A stretch of 63,425 bases of DNA, filler included, from Nemertoderma westbladi (Eukaryota > Animalia > Xenacoelomorpha): NCBI GenBank assembly GCA_032718475.1. It is 4 parts of 4 records of this genome, joined end to end, with 100 filler letters (N's around TTAATTAATTAA, not from the genome) between each part and the next. Parts side by side here need not be neighbours in the genome. Positions count along the whole stretch, not along the records: positions 1 to 27,443 come from JAUCBJ010008426.1; positions 27,544 to 40,962 come from JAUCBJ010002770.1; 2 more parts are not named here. One strand, given 5' to 3'. The translations under genes and the position numbers were made by a program. Shown piece after piece: positions 24,157 to 36,866 of this stretch; position 1 is the stretch's first letter, and each line of letters begins with the position of its first letter. The notes under the pieces were generated by a model. It saw only the letters and a program-made list of their open reading frames with translations. It did not search any database and had not been told where the DNA came from.

Positions 24157-27100
24157 TTAGATACCAAAATGAACTATCGGTTTTCTTATTCGATCGCTTT
24201 TTCGGATGTCATTATTAATTACTTCAGTAGTGTCCTTCTGGTTGATATCTTTCTTAAGGATCGATTTTGGTGCATTGTCTATTGATAATGAGATATCAGT
24301 TTCTTTGTATGGCCTCATGAACCGTCGATTCCGCCACAGGGTACGACCTGAAGACATCTTAATGTGGTAATCCCTGTTTGGACCGGCACTAACAACGATT
24401 CCTACATTGTTACATCGTTTGGTATTCGGATTTTGTACTAAGACTTTTGAACCAATTTGGAGTACTTTTAGTGCGTGTGTTGATCGGTTATAATGAGTTT
24501 TACTTCTTTTCACCTCTCTTCTTGCGATTCTGTCAGCTTCTATTGCTGAACGTTGCCATTCCATTGCGAATGAACTATGATGAACAGGTACTTTGGAGCG
24601 AAGAGGGTGACCGTAAAGTATGACGGCTGGTGATCTACCATCAATCCGAGGGGTATTGCGGAGTTCGAGCAATCCTTGTAAGAACTTGTCGGATGTGATG
24701 CTTCCATGATCAGATTTGGCGACAATATTTTTGACTGCCATCACAGTTACCTCCACCAATCCATTTGACTGTAGGTTGTAAGGTGTAGAGGGATTCCAAA
24801 CAACTCCCCAATCATTGAGAAAATCCTTGAAAACTTTAGCAATATACTGCGGACCACCATCAGATTCTAAAGAAACTGGAACGCCAGTAGTGACGAAGTA
24901 TTGTCTGAATTGGTCAATTACCTGCAGTGATGTCGGGTCATGTGCCCATCTAGTTAGGAAAGGGAATCCCGATAATCGATCTACATATATAAGATAAGTA
25001 TGACCAGCGTGATAGAAGATATCAGTGGCAACTGCCTCAAATACACGAGATGGGAGGGGTCTCTTAATCATAGGCTCCTTGGGATTGCTTGGAAGTCGAA
25101 GTTGGCAATTCTCACATGTTTGTACCATTTGTGTTAATTCATTATTAAGACCAGGCCAGTAAACTGTTTCTCTGGCTCTTCTTTTACTTCTTTCAATTCC
25201 TTGATGGGAATCATGTAGACGGTGTAGGACATCTATCCGCTTGCTACGTGGGATAACTATTCGTCTACCAAATAGTATCAGGTTGTCATCTGTTGACAAT
25301 TGGTACCAAATGTTCTTGAACAGTTGAACAAATGTGGTCAATGCCTCTTGGCATTCGAATCCTTCCTCTATAGATTTAATCAGATTTTGATAGTCAGAAT
25401 CATCTCTTGCTGCTAACTTTAAATCTTCTAGGACAGGGTTGGTCTTTTGGATCATCATCATCATCTGATATGATTTGGCTGGCACATGTTCTAATAATTA
25501 TGTCCATGTTGCCATTAATGTCATCATCATCTATCTGTGTAGATATGGATGTCTCTGGATCATCTATTGGAGAACGTGAAAGGGCATCTGGGATGCTATG
25601 ATTGGAACCTTTTCTCCAAATTACAGTGAACTGGTAGGAGCTCAGTTTCATCTTGTAAGTCTGAATACGTGCATTTTCAACCATATCCAAAGTATGTTTA
25701 TTGAATATTGTTGTAAGTGGGTGATGATCCGTAATGACAGTGAAATTTGATAGTCCAGCTAGATACAAGTGACACTTTTTAGTGCCCCACAATATTGCCA
25801 GAGCCTCTAGTTCTAGGATAGCATAACGAGATTCGGTTGCCGATAAAAATCGGGATCCACATTGAATCAGTTTCCATTGATCGTTTTGCTTCTGAAGTAA
25901 GGCAAATCCTAGACCGCGAGTTCGTGATGCATCAGTTTGTAATACCGTTTCAGCAGTTGGATCATAATTCGAGAGTATAGGAGTAGATGCCAATGCTCCC
26001 TTTACCTCATCAAAGGCTGCTTGATGATTTGCTGTCCATGTGAAAGTGTTACGAGTCTTAAGGAGATCTCGCAGAGGTGCAGCGGTAGCACTGATATCTG
26101 CAGAAAACTGTGCTAGTTGTTGTACGAGACCCATGAATGATCGTAGATCAGTGTGGTTAAGAGGGGTAGGGAAGTTTTTAATGGCTTCCACTTTTGCTGG
26201 GTCAGCTTTAATTCCAGAACGTGATATTATGTAACCTGCAAATTTCACTTCTGGTAATGCAAACTTGAACTTATCACGGTTCAATGTGATGCCATGTTCT
26301 GCACAACGTTCTAAAATAGTGCATACTCGATTGACATGATCTGGAAATAGTTCATCATATGCAATGATGTCATCGACGATTTTCTGGATATTTGAAATTC
26401 CAGAAAGGGCTAGGTCGCCGCGGAGACTGAAGCTGTCTCCAGTACTAATAAATCCCATAGGTGAACGAATAAATATGTATCGCTCCCAAGCAGTGATAAA
26501 GCATGTCATATCGTGGCAATCCTTGTGCAATGACATTTGCCAATAGCCCTTTTCAGCATCCAGAACTGAAAAGTAATTGTTGTTGCCTGTAATTTCAGCT
26601 ACTGCATCACGTGGTGATTTTGTTGGATGTACGATTCGTTTTACTTGATTGTTCAAGTGTGTCAGATCTACACAGAGTCGTATTTTACCACCTTTGGTAC
26701 TAACAACTAATGGGTGACACCATTTTGTATGGCGGTCACCGACTGTGGCTATAACCCCTTTGTCTACAAATTTGTCTAATTCAGCCTTCACTGATGCTCG
26801 TAATGCAAATGGGATGGACCATGCACCATGAATGGCATATGGGACTGCACCGTCTATGAGCTCGATTTTCATTGGCTCACCAATTATGGGACCGGACATA
26901 GGTTTCAGCCCCTTGCTGCTATCAAATATTTTGCTGTAAATATTTTTCAGTTTTTCTAATACTTTAATTCTTTGGTTTTCAGTGGGGTCCAGTGGGAGAG
27001 AATCAATGAAATGTTGTCTCTCTGCATCTGATAGCACAGAGGTTGGAATTTCACCTGTGTTCAATTGTATCACTGGTATGTCAGTTGATAAGGGAGGTGG

Positions 27101-27443
27101 ATTTGGAAAGTCACTTGAAACTATTTCCAATGCTTTACATATATCCAAAGAGAGGTATACACCACTAATATCAAGGCAAATACATATGTCCTCTACAACT
27201 TCCCGTCCATCCAAATAGATACATGCAATAACTCTACCTATTTGATTTAATTTTTTCCCATTTACTGTGACAAGCCTTTCATGGGATGGGGACATCAAGT
27301 CGTTGTGGGTTAGATTCAATTCTTTCAGGATTGAAGGTCCAGCAACTAACAGTTCTCTGGGATCTTGTGTCTGGGATGGCTAATACTTTACCCAATAATT
27401 CTAATTCACCAGAATTAAAATCAGTTACACTTATTAACACTGT
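24157..27443 (-). mobile_element. Ty3/Gypsy (Mag-like) pol: degenerate protease, RT, RNase H and integrase, with frameshifts; truncated by the contig end
   Basis: AIPDTRSQ (mutated DTG) near 27370. RT motifs IRLCVDL, LDAEKGYWQ, PMGF, IVDD. RNase H motifs TDAS, ESRYAILELEAL, TDH. Integrase HHCC (LHDSHQG...CENC) and DDE (TDIF, SDGGPQY, NGLVE). Frameshift near 25440. Confidence 0.93.
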
Positions 27444-27543
27444 NNNNNNNNNNNNNNNNNNNNNNNNNNNNNNNNNNNNNNNNNNNNTTAATTAATTAAN
27501 NNNNNNNNNNNNNNNNNNNNNNNNNNNNNNNNNNNNNNNNNNN
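27444..27543. other. Artificial contig spacer (44 N + TTAATTAATTAA + 44 N)
   Basis: Identical 100-nt linker with stops in all six frames, present three times. Confidence 0.97.
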
Positions 27544-27791
27544 CCCCCCCCTATTTAAGAGATTGGGTAAACAGCATCATCCCCACGGTGATTAAATTCG
27601 TATCTACTGGATATGAGACCCATGACAGCATGACACTGCAGCGATGGATATAATGACCCCAAGGTGTTGTGAAAGTTCTTGAGATACCTGCAAGCCGACT
27701 TCAGAGGGGTATGTTCAAACATTACGGAATGGGACCAGAGGTCTGAGTTTGGGGTCTACCCTCGTTTCTAAAACAATCATCTTCTTACTAT

Positions 27792-27830
27792 TTCTAATAT
27801 ATTTCTGCCTCTAGGGCCATCTTCAGAGAA
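27792..27830 (-). ncRNA. Minimal type I hammerhead ribozyme motif, slightly degenerate
   Basis: The minus strand reads TTCT-CTGAAGA-T-GGCC-CTAGA-GGCA-GAAA-TATA-TT-AGAA. It has stem I TTCT/AGAA, the conserved core, stem II with one mismatch and palindromic stem III ATATAT. Confidence 0.55.
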
Positions 27831-28549
27831 CACTAAACACCGAACTAATAGGCCTACTACACTAGCCTACCTGCTAATCAATCGTAAATAAATGTTGACA
27901 CTTCCTAAACTACATATGTACTTGCTAATACAAGTCTGTCATTTCCTGTTAGTAAGTACTTCTGCATAAGCCTGTAAACCACTACAGGTCCATGTGCTTT
28001 ATTTAAATGGTATTATTAACAGAGGCCAACCTAGTTGTACACTCTTTCCATTGTACATAATCAATAAATCAATCTAATCTCAGTTAACTTGAATTAATTT
28101 AATGTCAACGCCTAACTATATTATTAGTAAAAACTATTTCCTATTATTTAAAATATTTATATATAGTGTATAGCTACAGTACATATTGAGTAAACAATAT
28201 GTAATAATATGCAATAATTTAATATTTAATTCATAATTTATCAACTATACAGCACACTACACTACAAGATAACATCACCCATAATATAACAATAACATCG
28301 GGTACTGTATGTAGGGTACTATACGGAAGAAAATATAAAAATTACTTGAGGAAGTACCGGTATTAAATGTTACAAAATTATGTCAAAATTTCGTATAAAA
28401 AAACTAAAACTACTGTATGAAATTGCACAGATATTTCAGCTGCAAAGGTTATATTTGACCTAAACGCACTAATACTGTATATTATTGAAACTTATTTCCT
28501 ATTATTTACGTATTTATTTATACAGCTACATATTGAGAATACATTTTGT

Positions 28550-28634
28550 TTAAATGAAACATTTTTTATTGTTCCTATAGTAGTCCTTAATAACCCTCCA
28601 GCTCCGATCTTTGAGGGTTTTTGGGTGGCGCAGT
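28550..28634 (-). pseudogene. Tyrosine-recombinase gene, last exon part b (SANT/Myb-like C-terminus)
   Basis: Reads ..LRHPKTLKDRSWRVIKDYYRNNKKCFI*. It is in frame with 30303-30189 once the TTAA MITE is removed. Confidence 0.75.
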
Positions 28635-28638
28635 TTAA

Positions 28639-30188
28639 CCCTATTAATCCCGGGGGGGGGGGGGGGGGGTCAATATGACCCCCCCCCCCCGTGGTTTTTT
28701 TATTATAATTCTGAAACAAACGCAGTTGGGAATCTGAAATTTTATGACTTTTCCTAAAAATCTATTTTCTTCCTAGTAGTGAAAACCGTTTTCAAAAATA
28801 TTGGGTACTTTTCGAGTTATAGCACCATTTTTTAACCCTACTTTTGGTACTTTTTTTGAGACGTTTTTTGAAAATTACATTTCATTAAATATGAATTGTA
28901 ACATCTCTATTTTTGATTTACACCGGTTTTTTGGTGTTAGCAATTGGATGGAATTCATATAAATTGATTTAGAAATTTCAAACTTGTTTTTTTCGGCGGG
29001 TGCCAATTTTTGGTGCCAGCACCAAATTTTGAAATATGTCAATTTTGTAAATTTATTGTGTGAACCTTGTTTTTTACGCAATTGGGGTTTTTTGGGGTTC
29101 TGGATTCGATGAAATATATACGAGTTTCACAAAGCGTATCAAACTTGTATTTTTCGGTGCTGTGTGCAAATTTTGGTGCTAGCACGAAATTTTGAAAATC
29201 CGTTCAATAGATAAAATTGCTTGTGACAATTTATTTCTTGCGTTTTAGAGGTTTATGGCTGTTCTGAATTCAATGGAAAATACAATTATCGAACTAGACA
29301 TCTCAAACTTGTATTTTTCGGATGTGGGTGCACAATGTGGTGCTAGGACCAAATTTTGAAAACCATCAAATATATCAATTGATTGTGTCACCTTGTTTCT
29401 TGCGTTATACGGGTTTGTGATGGTTCTGAATTCAATGGAATCAGTAAAAATTTCATAAGTGTTCTCAAACTTGTATTTTTCGCCGGTGGGTGAAAATTGT
29501 TGTGACAGCACCAAATTTTGAAAAATATGCAAATTGATAAGTAGATAGTATCACCTTGTTTCTTGCGTTATACGGGTTTATGAGGGTCCTGAATCCGATG
29601 GAATCAATAAAAACAGCACTGGACATCGCAAACTTGTACTTTTTGGTGATGGGTACGAAATTTGGTGCTAGCACCAAAATTTGCCAAATTACGCCAAAAA
29701 ATACAAGTATTCCATTAGAATCAGCGCCCTCGAAAACCTGAAAATGTGAATTTATAGCATCGTATAAGTGAATTAAAAATTTTGTGTTCTAACTGAAAAG
29801 TGCTGGTTACTTGTTTTTTTCATTTTTTTCCTACCCAGAGAGGACTAAACAGCCATTTATAGTAATCATATCATTTTTTAATATTTTCCAATGTATTTTG
29901 CACCCCAGAAAACCTGTATTGAAAAATAATTAGCTGAAAATGTAACTTTCAAATTTAGTGAAAATTGTGCACTACTTGTAATTTTGGTGCTGCAATATAA
30001 CCACCCCAGTACATTTTTTCGAAAATTTTTTTTTCGGTCGGATCTAGACAAGTGATACCTACGCACAAACAAAAAAATCAGACGTTTTCGTAAATATTTG
30101 TAGATTAGTAGTAGGGGGGGGGGGTCAATATGACCCCCCCCCCCCCCCCGGTATTTGTACAACATTTTATAGCCCGGTACTAATAGGG
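28639..30188. mobile_element. Non-autonomous piggyBac-type element (1550 bp)
   Basis: TTAA TSD (28635-28638 and 30189-30192). TIRs CCCTATTAATCCCGGG / CCCTATTAGTACCGGG. Subterminal GnTCAATATGACn palindromes. Internal diverged tandem repeats (AAACTTGTATTTTT...GCACCAAATTTTG). Confidence 0.9.
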
Positions 30189-30303
30189 TTAAGGTCTTCT
30201 ATGTCTTCCTTCCCCGGCATCCGAAGGCCCACTTTATGCTTTAGGTCCATTAGTGCTTTCTTTTCTGCTTCCGACCACATCCGCCGCACTGTAAGTTTCC
30301 GTC
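30189..30303 (-). pseudogene. Tyrosine-recombinase gene, last exon part a (SANT/Myb-like)
   Basis: tttcaaAG acceptor, phase 1. Encodes RRKLTVRRMWSEAEKKALMDLKHKVGLRMPGKEDIEDL. Confidence 0.72.
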
Positions 30304-30927
30304 CTTTGAAATAATAATTATACATGTAATTTAATATTTGATGAATTAGACAAAACTCACTACGCTTGAAATAGGCATATTAATTCGCTTTTAATACACT
30401 TGAATAAATTAAGAGGCAAAACTAAGATTCGTGGTCGTCTGTGTCGACGGCGTATTTTAAAATTTCAAATTTCAAGAAATATGATGGAGGAAGGTTAGAC
30501 ACTATTCAACTGATTACTAACAGCTGATCACTCTCAAAAATAAAACTGTATCCATTCATATTGAGTAGTTTTTTGGTTAGAATAACGTACCACAAGTAAC
30601 CTTCTTTCATAATTGATAATTTACATTGAGATGATATATAATTTGCCGAGATATGATTTGCGTCAAGTGAGATTTGCCACCGCCTCCCTGTTTTATGTTT
30701 CTCTTTGGCGAATGACAATGTTAATTGTCAATTAATTAAGCGAAAGTCCAGATTACATTGACACTAACGAAACATATTTTTTACTATGTTTTACTATTTC
30801 ACAAAACAATAAACAAAGGTCAATAGCCGAATTATCGAATAGGCCTATCCTTTCTTTTAATAAGAATAATATTATACTGTATTATTATTATACATTATTC
30901 AATTTATATATTTATTTATCTACTAAC

Positions 30928-31020
30928 TTTTACTGGCTGTTTCAAGAAAGTTTTCAACACGTTTTGTGGTTTGACTATCTTTTTCGCTATGACCTTCTTC
31001 TTCCTCATTCGAACTTTGCT
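30928..31020 (-). pseudogene. Tyrosine-recombinase gene, 93-nt acidic linker exon
   Basis: ttttAG...GTTAGT boundaries, phase 1/1, open frame EQSSNEEEEGHSEKDSQTTKRVENFLETASK. Confidence 0.6.
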
Positions 31021-31959
31021 CTAAAATAATAAATTAACAAATTTAATTATTATATTTTGGTCTGTCGATCAAACAGAGTCGATTTTTCGGTCCGGTCGCA
31101 GCAGCAAATTTTTGTAAATTCGAATCTTATTTGATCTGATATAATCTAAGATATAATCTTTGTCCGCTGATTAACGCATTTCATATCTGTAGAACTTGAT
31201 GAAAAAGTTAGATTGTTATGTTTTTAATAATTAATGCAATGTTACTTTTCCCTTGGGGAAAACAGTACTCATTTTTCTCCCGATTTTCGTGTATATTCGG
31301 GCGAAAAAGTAACAATTTAAGATTCATCTACTTCTTTCCTAATTTATTGAAGTTAGTTAGATTATTCATTAAAATATGTATTATATTTTCAAGTCGGCTT
31401 GAAATACACCGTGAAATAAAGTAAACACAATGATGGGATATGGGGTGCTATATCTCACGGCGTGAAATAAAGTAGCAGTATTCTTTCGGTATGATTGTAC
31501 CGTATTCTACTGTCACGATAAATTAGGCCTTATTGTAAGTCATTCATCACAGCACAAGCTATACATGTCATTACCGGTACCGTACCGCGAATACTGTAGA
31601 GTGTCATACATTCTGTACGCGCCTACTAGGCCATTATGGCCTACTTATGCAGCCTGTAGGCTCGCCAGACAGCAGAATCTACATTGGTCGTTTACCTGTA
31701 GACCTTCCGAACTGCGGACCGGTATAATATATGATTTTTAACTTGTAAAACTTCGAAACTTGAAAATAAAACGACATATTCGATTTAAATAAAGTACCCA
31801 TATCTCACGTACAGACTCTAGTTTCTACCCACTCGAGTCGGCGTGAAATATGGTGCAACTTTATTTAAATCGAATAAATTAATATTCATTTATTAAAATA
31901 TTACTGAGAAAAATTGGGTTTTGAATATTTGAAATAGATTATTAATAATTAAAACTAAC

Positions 31960-33784
31960 CACTCAGTAAATCGCCATCAACAAGATCTTGTAGATGCATT
32001 CCTCCTTTGTTTGAAATATTTCCTCTCTCCATTGTCAGAAGCAATTGGGATAGTTTTGTTATTCTCGGCACTGTGTCCGGGAGTTGGTAATATTGTCTGT
32101 GTACCGCAATGTTATGGTCCATGTGTCGAACTAGCAAATTCATTTCCGGTTCATTTAAGGCTAACATTTGGGCATGGGTGGCTATTTGTTTCCGTAATTT
32201 CGTAGATCGCATATTTTTTGGAGCCTGTAATTCTGCTAATTGTGAATGACGACGCAATGCATCATGACCTCTAATGTACATTTCACTGCCATAGTTGGCA
32301 CATGCAAAGAGGTATGGGTTGTTATCAACAGCTGGCCTGTGTTTGATCAATATTGTGATGGTACGAATCATGACTTTGGTAATTAGTACTGGCACGGTCC
32401 TTCCTCTCTTCCCAACCACCTCTATAATTTCAAAGATCTTACATAATTCCTTCTCTAGTTTGCTGAGCTGTAGGTCGGTGGTTTCTCTTTCAGTCGCTTT
32501 GTATCGTTTATCAAAATCTGATAATAACATTTTGGCAACATCCCCCGATCTTCTCCTGTTAAATATTATAATCTGACACATAGCCAGTTCGTTTAATGTG
32601 CACCAGGTCCTTTTCTTTTCGTTTTCCGCTCCATCACATTCTATAATTTCTTCTAGGCGTTTTATGTTGTCTTGCAAGTACTTCGTCATGACTACGACAT
32701 CGTTGGCTGTAGGTAGAGTCGAGGAAACGTGCAAGTTTCTTTTCCGTTGATATAATGTTTTATGTGCATGTGATGAAATATACACATTCCAGTTTAAAGT
32801 ACACAGCTCATGGAAGTTGGTTACAGTTCTTAATGTGACCTCATCGGATGTTTGTAAAGCATCAGCTTTTATTATTAAGGCACACTTCCCTAAGGAGAAC
32901 CCAATCTTAAGTGCCAGGGATGGAGTCAAGTACTGATGTGTCTTTCCGTTAAATCCAGCAATATCCTTAACAGCCGTAATGATGTCATGAAGACGGTCAG
33001 GTGTGATATAGTCTTTTAATTTTGAATTGCAATCACCGGTATTTAAACGGAGTTGAATTAGTAATCGGCCCAATTCCCTTGCGCGATCTCTTATATGTTT
33101 ACTTTGATCTTTCCCAGGTACCGCTTTGACCAACTCTCGTTCTACAAGGGACATAATTGCCGTATCACCCCTGACGGCTAATTTTATTGCGTCACTTTTC
33201 ATTTCCTCAATCATTTCTTGGAGGATATTACTTTTGCATTGAATGTTGGAGGTTGGTCGTAAAATGTTGCTCTTTGTAAGCACCCTTTCTCCCTTTGTTT
33301 TTATGGATTTCCGTAAAGGGCATTGATGCCTCCAAAGTTCACGTTTCGAATACAACCCATAGCAATGAGGACAAGGGCCATAACTCTTTAGCTCCATAGC
33401 TCATTCTCAACTTACACAGTAACAGTCGACGATTGTTTTTATTTGTTAAGCTTAACTTAACAACATCTGGTTCATTTTTATGAACGGTTTCCAGATGACG
33501 AGGTAATTTCGAGAAGGCACAATCGTCGCAATAACAACAATATTGCTTTTTATCCCAACTTCGCACTGAACCGTGGTTTGTAGTGCTGACTACAAAAATC
33601 TTAGATGATGTTTTATCGGAAGTAGAGTTGGAGTTGGAGTTTAGAGTTGGAGGAGTCATTGCATGGATATGCTGAATTTTATCAACCTCGATTTCCGGAC
33701 TTTCATTACCAGACAAGTTAAAATTATAATCTTCGTCCGAATCTGGGAGATATTCTTCCCCAGAAGAATAATTCAAAACATTAA
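31960..33784 (-). pseudogene. Crypton-like tyrosine recombinase, main exon (frameshift/deletion near 33400; 5' part cut by a piggyBac MITE)
   Basis: N-terminal Zn motifs YCCYC...LPRHLETVH and PCPHCYG...LWRHQC, then TPSLALKIG. YR catalytic set FNRRRSGD (R), GKRGR (K), STKLRK (R), HMDH (H), HRQYY (Y). GTTAGT donor at 31959. Confidence 0.85.
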
Positions 33785-34603
33785 CCCTATTAAACCCGGG
33801 GGGGGGGGTCAATATGACCCCCTCCCCGTGGTGTTTTTATTATAATTCTGAAACAAACGCAGTTGGGATTCTGAAATTTTATGACTTTTCCTAAAAATCT
33901 ATTGTCTTCCTAGTAATGAAAACCGTTTTCAAAAATATGGGGTACTTTTCGAGTTATATCACCATTTTCAACCCTACTTTTGACACTTTTTTTGAGACGT
34001 TTTTCGAAAATTAAATTTCATTAAATATGAATTGTAACATCTCTATTTTTGATTTACACCGGTTTTTTGGTGTTAGAAATTGGATTGAATTCATATAAAT
34101 TGATTTAGAAATTTCAAACTTGTTTTTTTCGGTGGGTGCCAAATTTTGGTGCCAGTACCAAATTTTGAAATAAGTCAATTTTGTAAATTGACTTATTTCA
34201 AAATTTGTTTTTTACGCAATTGGGGTTTTTTGGGGTTCTGGATTCGATGAAATATATACGAGTTGCACCAAGCGTATCAAACTTGTATTTTTCGGTGCTG
34301 TGTGCAAATTTTGGTGCTAGCACGAAATTTTGAAAATCCATTCAATAGATAAAATTACTTGTGACAATTTATTTCTTGCGTTTTAGAGGTTTATGTCTGT
34401 TCTGAATTCAATGCAAAATATAATTATCGAACTAGACATCTCAAACTTGTATTTTTCGGATGTGGGTGCAAAATGTGGTGCTAGCACCAAATTTTGAAAA
34501 CCATCAAATATATCAATTGATTGTGTCACCTTGTTTTTTGAGTTATACGGGTTTGTGATGGTTCTGAATTCAATGGAATCAGTAAAAATTTCATAAGAGT
34601 TCT
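33785..34603. mobile_element. Second, truncated copy of the piggyBac-type MITE
   Basis: Starts TTAA-CCCTATTAAACCCGGG and is collinear with 28639-29465. It breaks off at about 34603 into unrelated sequence. Confidence 0.88.
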
Positions 34604-34770
34604 TGTGAGCGGATTCAATTCCGCCTCACCAACCCCCCATAAAGTGGGAAAGAGCGCCTTTAAGCAATATTGGGGAGTACGAGGTTGATTACCAACCAAC
34701 CTCGTACCACCCCCAATAAACGGGGACGACAAACCCCAGAGGGCCTCACACAATGGAGGTCAGAGGTTAA

Positions 34771-36377
34771 GGGGGGGGTACACCCCCCTATGGACCTTTT
34801 TTGCAAATGGCTATAATTTCTGCTTGTCTGTAATTTTGTATATTTTATACCTTTCGGGGGATTAACATATGGCCAAAGATTGGGTTCAAAAAAAAAATTT
34901 TCAAATTTGCGTCGCCCTCTAGCGGCCACCAGCGAAATTGTTAATTTCACTAAAAACACTACTAGTCTCACAATTTTGGGCGAAAATTTTCGAAACTTGA
35001 TTTTTCTGAATCAGCATCCTCGGCTCCACAAAACTTATCGGTTACATTTTTTATTTAGGTCTTAAATATTTTTTAAATATTATTAACTAATATTAATTAT
35101 TACTTAATAGATATTAACTAATTTCAAGAAATTAATATGGCACAATTCAAAATTCTAACCGATAACTTTTGATCAAAATCCGAAAAGAAATCAAACAAAA
35201 AAAAAATTTCGAAAATTGATTAAGAAATGGCTGAGTAGTAGTATTTTGAATGTGAAAAATACAATTCCGAGATAAACGCATTTAAAGTTTAAGAACAATA
35301 TATTTCAAATGTTCCCGCTATTTTCAGTACTGGTATCTCCTTTTCTTTTCCCATTGGTTATCCCCTATCCATATTTTGTGATTTCTCAATGGATTTCATG
35401 AAATTTGGTTCAAAAAAACCCCTACCCACTTTTAACAACCTGTTAAAATAATTTTAGTGTGCTTGCCAAAAAACACTTCGCGCAGCACGTGAACAGATTT
35501 CATTTTGGCGTATTGATTTGATCGCATACTATTTCGTCATTTAGTAATAAATAGTCATGGAATAATGAGATAACCTTAAGAAACATTCAAAGTTATATAA
35601 AAATTTACACATAATTTTATAATAAGCCTTTACACAGAACATTAAGCTTTGCGCAGCACGTGAAACCTTCGCGCAGCACGTGAGACATTTGCGCAGCAGG
35701 GGAAGGTTTCACGTAGCCCTTAAATTCTTCATAAAGCACGTTAATCAATCAAGCACCTCGGAAAGCTTTTTGATCAGAATGAGAAGCCTTCACGCAGCAC
35801 ATGAAAAGTTCATGCTGCACATGAAGACTTCGCGCAGCACGTGAATTATTCTCAGAGCCTGCGGAATTAAAAAAAAATAAGTTTATGGTTGTTTTCCAGA
35901 ATAATAATTACTAGCTATTGTTATATGATGGTTCACATTTGTTATTACTAGTAGACAACTAGTCCATTAGACAACTGTTCAGTATGTAATACAAAACTCA
36001 CAAATATCTATTAAATATATATTATTTAAAATTTGACGGACATGTTGACAGACAGACAGACATACAAACAGACAGACAAACTGAGAGACAGACTGAGATA
36101 CAGACATAGTGATTAGATAATTCCAAATATTAAAACAGACATCGACATTATGAAAAATCCTAACAGTAAACATTTCAGATTGCTTATTTTATACCCTTTT
36201 TAATATTTTGATGGACAGACAGACAGACATACAGACGGAAAACCAGCCATTACTCGAGAAGTAAAAGAGATCTCGCTAAGCCGTTTCCAGATTTGAAATC
36301 CGCATTAAATTCTACTCTAGATGAAATAAAAAAACAAAAAATGAAAATTTTGACCTGAGGGGGGGTGTACCCCCCCC
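34771..36377. mobile_element. TTAA-flanked inverted-repeat element (possibly Kolobok-type non-autonomous)
   Basis: TTAA-GGGGGGGGTACACCCCCC ... GGGGGGTGTACCCCCCCC-TTAA. Internal GCGCAGCACGTGA repeats and (GACA)n tracts. Confidence 0.5.
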
Positions 36378-36866
36378 TTAAGCCTCCGGGGAGAAGGAAA
36401 GTAACAGCAGCGGGGGGGGGGGGGGAAACCCCCGCAGAGCTGAAGGCGAGAAGTAGGTGGTCGGCCAATGGGGGGACAGCAGGGCATCAGTTGAGTAACA
36501 CGGCCAAAGGTAGTGTAGTATATGTCAGTGCTATATCATTCAGTAGTTTACTCAGTCACTCAGTCATGGCAGTACAGTGACATTTTAAGACCGTCACCGC
36601 CGTCACCAACTATATTATCACACATACCGGTAAACTGTGCTATCTGCTATTGTATCTACATTGTATACCATATTTATATTATTAACAATACTGGAACAAC
36701 AGACTCTCTTTTTCCATCACACGGTGCGGCTGACGCGTACATAAACCAAACTGGTCGGGATCATCCAATCCCGTCACAGTCTTAAAATCATCTGCTGGCC
36801 TAGTGCTGTAGTGTTAAAGTAAGAAGTAGAGAACTGTGACTGCTAGCCACCGAGAGGAAGTTAAAG

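Noticed and set aside
27444-27543. Conserved TTAATTAATTAA motif, and gene linkage across the N blocks
   Set aside because: This is an artificial concatenation linker, so adjacency of the contigs is not biological evidence.
31955-33397. Phage or prokaryotic integrase, i.e. horizontal transfer or contamination
   Set aside because: The gene has spliceosomal introns, eukaryotic Zn and SANT-like modules, and eukaryotic MITE insertions.
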